From Gammaproteobacteria bacterium (lineage in GTDB: Bacteria > Pseudomonadota > Gammaproteobacteria > Ga0077536): a stretch of DNA of 64,000 bases. Positions within the stretch are counted from its first letter, which is position 1. Every line of letters begins with the position of its first letter. The position numbers were made by a program, and so were the translations under genes. Shown piece by piece: positions 59,162 to 64,000 of this stretch. The notes beneath the pieces are model-generated. The model did not search any database, had not been told where the DNA came from, and saw only the letters and a program-made list of their open reading frames with translations. The stretch is from positions 2,816,001 to 2,880,000 of the forward strand of contig CAXXLL010000003.1 of the NCBI GenBank assembly GCA_963662545.2. Direction: 5' to 3'.

Positions 59162-60508
59162 TCAACGCCCCTTCTTCCGCAGCGCCTGAACCACGAAATC
59201 CGAAGCCTTGAGTCCTTCCGTGGTGACCTCCGAGCGCGGCTGCAGGGTGGTGCAATGCTGCGCCTGTAGATCGATCATCGTTACCGCATCGAATATTGGC
59301 ACGTAACTGCCCTTGTTGACGGGCAGGTGGTGATCCGGATGCGAATAGGCGGCGATGGCGAACTTCCACAATTCGCCCCGGTTGTCGTAAAGCCGACCGT
59401 AGGCTGGGAAAAACGTCTCCGCATCGACATAGTAAAGTCTTTTCGACAGCGGGTGCTGGGACCAGTTTGGTATCGCCTCGACGACGTAAGCGGTGCGAAA
59501 CTGCCACTTGATGACCGGAAAACAATTGCCGGTGCCACTCAAGGCGACGAAACGGAAACCATCGGCACCGCCTTCGCGGTCGCCGAGCGCCAGCTCGTTG
59601 TGCCGGTAGAACGGCAACAACACCAGCCGGGTTTCGATGTAGCGCCATTCCATATCCATGATGCGCCCGTTGTAACCGAGAAAATCCTCGATCATGATGT
59701 CGCTGCCGAGAAAGGCATCGGTATTCTGCCCGGTCGGGAGGCGGCGCACCCGCCGCTGCCCCGAGAGATAAAGCCAGCCTTCTTCCCGGCGAGTGTCGTC
59801 CTCGAGCCGATGAATTAACACTTGCGTATGGCGAATATCGGGCGGCGCCAGCACGTGAAGATACAAGGCGTTGAAAATTCCCGATGGGTTGCGCGGCAGG
59901 TCCGGCACCGGCGGCGAGATGGTGCGGTGCTTGAACCGCAGACTCGCGGCCGCGAAGGACAGCTCACGCTCGACCTTGCCGGTGCGCATATTGCGATATT
60001 GCCAGTAGAAGGGCTTGATGCGGCCGCCGTCTCCGGCGAAGGCGTAGCGCATATTCCAAGCGAGCTTCTCGCCGGCTCGGGGATCGTCGCTCGATGGGGG
60101 ATCCGAGAAGGGCTGCCCTGCAACGTAATCGTGGAGCACGCCTGGGCGATCCCCGAGCCGCGTTTTGCCGGCATATCGATCCGTCGCCGCCGCATAATCG
60201 GGATGTACCGGAAACGACTCGCTCGTCGTGACCTCGATGGTGAAATGACCTTTTCCGATCAAGTCGATCAGGGTTTCGTCTAGATAACTCGCGTATTCAG
60301 AGATGTTGTCCGCATTGAGTATGGTTCCTGGCGGAGGCGGTTCGGCCGCGTGCGCGAAGCCCGCAGCCATAAAAAAGGCTAGGGCGTAGGTCAAGGCCGG
60401 GAGGACTTTCAATTTTCTTTTCAGCGGGTTTCGGCGTTTTCGAGGCCGGCGTTTACATGCAGGCAGGCTCACGAATCGGTTGAGTGGAATGAGTATACTG
60501 TCCCCCAT
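59162..60508 (-). CDS. DUF1329-family periplasmic protein (paralog 2)
   Basis: KLAWN, WLYLSGQRRVRRL, MIDLQAQHCT. The true start is probably near TTG 60412, before the signal peptide ending AHA. Confidence 0.82.
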   Translation of the reverse strand: MGDSILIPLNRFVSLPACKRRPRKRRNPLKRKLKVLPALTYALAFFMAAGFAHAAEPPPPGTILNADNISEYASYLDETLIDLIGKGHFTIEVTTSESFPVHPDYAAATDRYAGKTRLGDRPGVLHDYVAGQPFSDPPSSDDPRAGEKLAWNMRYAFAGDGGRIKPFYWQYRNMRTGKVERELSFAAASLRFKHRTISPPVPDLPRNPSGIFNALYLHVLAPPDIRHTQVLIHRLEDDTRREEGWLYLSGQRRVRRLPTGQNTDAFLGSDIMIEDFLGYNGRIMDMEWRYIETRLVLLPFYRHNELALGDREGGADGFRFVALSGTGNCFPVIKWQFRTAYVVEAIPNWSQHPLSKRLYYVDAETFFPAYGRLYDNRGELWKFAIAAYSHPDHHLPVNKGSYVPIFDAVTMIDLQAQHCTTLQPRSEVTTEGLKASDFVVQALRKKGR

Positions 60509-60562
60509 TCGTTAAAGCCCGCGGGCTATGCCCTGTCACGCCGAACCACGGGAGACAATAAC

Positions 60563-61435
60563 GTGAAAGATTTTACCGCCGACAACCTGACCGAAGAAGT
60601 CGTAAAAGCGTACACCGAAAATGCGAAGTCGCCCCGAGTCAAACAAATCTTCGAATCGCTCGTCAAACACTTGCACGCGTTTGTGACGGACGTCGAACTC
60701 ACCGAGGCCGAATGGTTCGAGGCTATCCAGTTCCTGACAGCGACCGGCAAGAAATGCGACGACAAGCGGCAGGAGTTCATCCTGCTGTCCGATACCCTGG
60801 GCGTCTCGATGCTCGTAGACACCATTAATCATACGAAGGACGGCGCGGGTACCGAATCGACGGTTCTCGGACCCTTCTTCGTCGCAGGCGCGCCCGACAT
60901 GCCGGTTGGCGGCGACGTGAGACGACGCATTCTCGATGAAGCGGAAACCTGCCTGGTCACTGGCCGGGTTACCGACGACCAAGGTAACGCAGTGGCGGGA
61001 GCCACTATCGACGTGTGGCAGACTTCCGCCAATGCGCTCTATGACGTGCAGGACTCAAATGCGCCTGAATGGAATCTGCGCGGCCGCTTCAAGACTGACC
61101 AGGACGGCGCGTATGCCCTGGTGACGGAAAAACCCGTCTCGTATTCAATCCCGACCGATGGACCGGTCGGCAAGCTGCTGGGTGTCGTCGGCCGGCACGG
61201 TTTTAGACCCGCACACGTTCATTTCATGATCGGCGCCAAAGGCTACGAGTCCTTGACTACACACGTCTTCGTCAACGGCGATGCTTACCTCGATTCCGAC
61301 GTCGTATTCGCGACCAAGTCATCCTTAATCGGTCAGTTCAAACCCTGCACCGATGATGAGCTTGCCAAACAATACGGCATTGAGGTGCCCTTTACGCGGC
61401 TCGAATTCGATTTTGGCCTGATGCGGACGGCGTGA
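60563..61435 (+). CDS. Intradiol ring-cleavage dioxygenase (hydroxyquinol/catechol 1,2-dioxygenase-like)
   Basis: RQEFILLSDTLGVS, TESTVLGPF, YDVQ, YSIPTDGP, RPAHVHF (2 Tyr and 2 His ligands). Confidence 0.92.
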   Translation: MKDFTADNLTEEVVKAYTENAKSPRVKQIFESLVKHLHAFVTDVELTEAEWFEAIQFLTATGKKCDDKRQEFILLSDTLGVSMLVDTINHTKDGAGTESTVLGPFFVAGAPDMPVGGDVRRRILDEAETCLVTGRVTDDQGNAVAGATIDVWQTSANALYDVQDSNAPEWNLRGRFKTDQDGAYALVTEKPVSYSIPTDGPVGKLLGVVGRHGFRPAHVHFMIGAKGYESLTTHVFVNGDAYLDSDVVFATKSSLIGQFKPCTDDELAKQYGIEVPFTRLEFDFGLMRTA

Positions 61436-61444
61436 AGATAAGCT

Positions 61445-61509
61445 GGGGTCGGGGTGAATTAATTTGGTGCACTGCATAGCAGCGCGCCAAATTAATTCAC
61501 CCCGACCCC
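61445..61509. repeat. Long palindrome (REP-like hairpin or terminator)
   Basis: GGGGTCGGGGTGAATTAATTTGG-N19-CCAAATTAATTCACCCCGACCCC, a perfect 23-bp stem between convergent genes. Confidence 0.88.
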
Positions 61510-62843
61510 TAAATGTGAACACCGGCCCAGTCGCGTCGCAGCCAGAAGCCGGTAAACACGGCGGCCTGAAGCGCGCGGTAGAAGACGTTCAGTAACCAGA
61601 TTGCCGTGAGCCCATAACCGAGCACGGGTCCGATCAGGTAGGCGAGCGGCAGAAACAACAACCACTGGTTGGCGATCGCCACGACCATTACGCGCCGCGC
61701 GTAGCCCGCGCCGAGCAAGGAATTCTGCAGCACCATCGCGACCGCCTTGAAAATCGTGCTCATGCCGACCAATCTTACCGGCCACAGCGCAAGCGCCAGC
61801 GTTTCCGGTTCCAGCCGGTAGATGGACGCGATCACCTGTTCGGGGAAGAACACCATGGGCAGGCCGAGCAGGCCCATCATGACCATCGCCACCTTGACCA
61901 CGTCCCAACCCCATTGCGCGGCATCGTCCACCATTCCGCGGCCGAGTGCCTGGCCGACCAGGGTCGCGGCCGAAAGGCCTAGGCCCATGCCCGGGAGCAA
62001 GGCGATCAGCATGACGTTGATCAACACGCTGGCAGCAGCGACTTCGGCTGTGCCGACCTGGCCGATGATCCAGAACAGGGCTAGAAATCCCGCCGCGAAA
62101 AACATCTGCTGAATCCCTGCGGGCACAGCGATGCGGATCATGGCGCCGATATCTTTGCCGGTCGGCAGGCCGCGCAGGAAACCGTTTTCGCGCGCGTAAC
62201 GCAGGCCGAAAATGAAGTACAGCGTCGTACCGAAACCGAAAGCCGCCACCGAGGCGATCGCGGCACCGCGTACGCCGAGGGCAGGTGCACCGAAATGCCC
62301 GAAGATCAGGATGTAATTCAACACGATGTTGAGCGCGTGCATCGAGATCAGGGTCGTCATGTAAAGGCGTGTCATATCGACGGCGTTCCAGTACCCGCGA
62401 AACGCAAAGTTCATGGCAACGAACACGATCCCGAGCGCCCGGATCTGAAGATACGGAATCCCGAGCGCGAGCACGTCCGGGTCATTATTTACCAAGGAAT
62501 AGAAGTGTGGCACCGCGCCGATCAGCAATGCGGACAGCAGTGGCGCAATAAAAATTACGATAAGGAGCGCGACGTTCAGAAACAAAGCCGTTTCGGCCAC
62601 CCGACCTTGCCCCTTGCGCCGCGAAGCGGACGCCTGTACGCCAGTCGAAAGCCCGAGAATGACGGCCTGCGCCATGAACAGCATGAAGCCACCGTAGCCG
62701 ACCGCCGCGAGCGCCGCATTGCTGTCGTCGAGACGGCTTACCATGGCCGTGTCGACCAGGTTCAGAATGTTCTGGGAAATCATGCCGCCGATGAGCGGCA
62801 GCGCGAGCCCCAGGATACGATGGAACCGGTTTTTATCCAGCAA
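61509..62843 (-). CDS. MATE-family efflux transporter
   Basis: LALPLIGGM, VDTAMV, LAAVG, NIVLNYILIFG.FG.P.LGV.GAA.AS, about 12 TM segments. Confidence 0.92.
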   Translation of the reverse strand: MLDKNRFHRILGLALPLIGGMISQNILNLVDTAMVSRLDDSNAALAAVGYGGFMLFMAQAVILGLSTGVQASASRRKGQGRVAETALFLNVALLIVIFIAPLLSALLIGAVPHFYSLVNNDPDVLALGIPYLQIRALGIVFVAMNFAFRGYWNAVDMTRLYMTTLISMHALNIVLNYILIFGHFGAPALGVRGAAIASVAAFGFGTTLYFIFGLRYARENGFLRGLPTGKDIGAMIRIAVPAGIQQMFFAAGFLALFWIIGQVGTAEVAAASVLINVMLIALLPGMGLGLSAATLVGQALGRGMVDDAAQWGWDVVKVAMVMMGLLGLPMVFFPEQVIASIYRLEPETLALALWPVRLVGMSTIFKAVAMVLQNSLLGAGYARRVMVVAIANQWLLFLPLAYLIGPVLGYGLTAIWLLNVFYRALQAAVFTGFWLRRDWAGVHI

Positions 62844-63141
62844 CGCGGTGATGCTTTATCGGGATCGGAATGCAGATCTTCAAGGAGTCGTGGTCGCCGG
62901 CATCGGGCGATAGGCAGTGCAGGCATTCTACTTAAATTGCGCTTGTGAGTCCGAAATGCGCTTTCCGACCGGAGGGCGGCATTCGGTGGCCTGATGACTG
63001 CTTAGATTATGGTCTCTCCTTGTTAGGGCCGAGAATCTCCGACGAAAATTCTTCGTACTAAACTGGAAGAAAAGGAGCACACCTAAGCCGACGGAGCCCC
63101 AAGCCTTGTGTACGCTGCTGCTAGAGGCCGGCGACAGAGGT

Positions 63142-64000
63142 ATGATTCAGCCTGAAAACCAAATGGTTGCAAAAATGAATAAATCATCTGCGCAATTGGC
63201 GGACTACCAGAGTAGTTCAGGTTTTTTCAATTACCTGGACGCCTCCGTGCGACCTTCGCTTTATCGAAACGGTGAGGTCCTCACCCGGCGCGACCCCGAC
63301 GGCAGCGATGGCAGTAGTGAAGGAGTGTCTCTTGAAGAACGGGAGATGACCGTCCACAACGCCCGTCGGTTAAAGGGGAAAGAACGCCGCACGATCAAAA
63401 CGAACGGATTCGAATGGCTCACGCGGCCGCTCGGCAATCGTGACCTCGATTTTTTCGATCAGGACCAGGTCGTGCGAGAGTACTACGGCCAATGTGCGCA
63501 AATAGTGCAAGAAGCAACCGGTGCACACGCTTTCGCCTTTGATCACAACGTGAGGTCGGCTTCAGGTAAGAAACGTCAGCGAAGGATTTCCGGCGGGCAG
63601 CAAGTGCAAGGTCCGGCCCACGTCGTGCACGGAGATTACACACTCTTTAGCGCGCCGCAGCGCCTGCGCGATCTCGCGAAGCCACCCAGCGGTAACGATA
63701 CGCTACGCTCGGTTCTCGACGAGGGGCAGTCACTCATTAGTCCGGACGTGGCCGAGCGTGTGCTCGATGACGGCGGCCGATATTCGATCATCAACGTGTG
63801 GCGCAACATCGCCGACGAACCCGTTGCCACCCATCCGGTTGCTCTATGCGACGGACAAACTGTGCAACCCCAAGACCTGGTGGTATTCGAGATTCACTAT
63901 CAGGATCGGGTGGGCGAGAATTATTTCGCCAAGCATTCACCACGACACCAGTGGTATTACTACCCGGATATGACCGGCGACGAGGCGCTTTTGATCAAGC
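63142..64000 (+). CDS. CmcJ/NvfI (AsaB-like) oxidoreductase, partial (runs off the window)
   Basis: Manual translation: NGFEW...YY...FDHNVR...VVHGDYT...IINVWRNI...PVALCD...HQWYYYPDMT.DEALLIK. Absent from the ORF track because it has no stop in the window. Confidence 0.8.
   Translation, partial: MIQPENQMVAKMNKSSAQLADYQSSSGFFNYLDASVRPSLYRNGEVLTRRDPDGSDGSSEGVSLEEREMTVHNARRLKGKERRTIKTNGFEWLTRPLGNRDLDFFDQDQVVREYYGQCAQIVQEATGAHAFAFDHNVRSASGKKRQRRISGGQQVQGPAHVVHGDYTLFSAPQRLRDLAKPPSGNDTLRSVLDEGQSLISPDVAERVLDDGGRYSIINVWRNIADEPVATHPVALCDGQTVQPQDLVVFEIHYQDRVGENYFAKHSPRHQWYYYPDMTGDEALLIK

Noticed and set aside
1-64000. CRISPR arrays, tRNA, rRNA, integrase or prophage genes
   Set aside because: None recognised by eye, so the aromatic region cannot be called a mobile island. 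tRNAscan and Infernal were not run.

Overview
GC-rich bacterial chromosome segment, most likely a gammaproteobacterium (argH-algZ-algR, rsd/algQ, dksA, AddAB-type genes). About 1-29 kb is mostly housekeeping and envelope genes (asmA, argH, algZ with an in-frame TAG, algR, rsmE, rsd, Ser/Thr kinase, AddAB-like helicase-nuclease, dksA, two c-type cytochromes, KamA-like radical SAM, an RND pair). It carries a complete IS4-family element nested in a 162-bp MITE, a second intact copy of that MITE, and a 252-bp inverted-repeat element inserted in the first codons of the RND gene. About 29-64 kb is an aromatic catabolic region: DmpR-type sigma54 activator, multicomponent phenol hydroxylase dmpKLMNOP, dmpQ, catechol 2,3-dioxygenase, a GntR regulator, a LigF/PcpC-like GST, and dmpC/E/F/G/H. 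A four-gene trans-envelope module follows directly (YCF48-like lipoprotein, MMPL/RND, DUF1302 outer-membrane protein, DUF1329). After it comes a second module: MetE-like Zn enzyme, VOC protein, flavin monooxygenase, second DUF1329 and an intradiol dioxygenase. The best candidates for undescribed biology are that transport module and the thiol-chemistry enzymes around the phenol pathway. All calls come from motif recognition by eye; no database searches were run.
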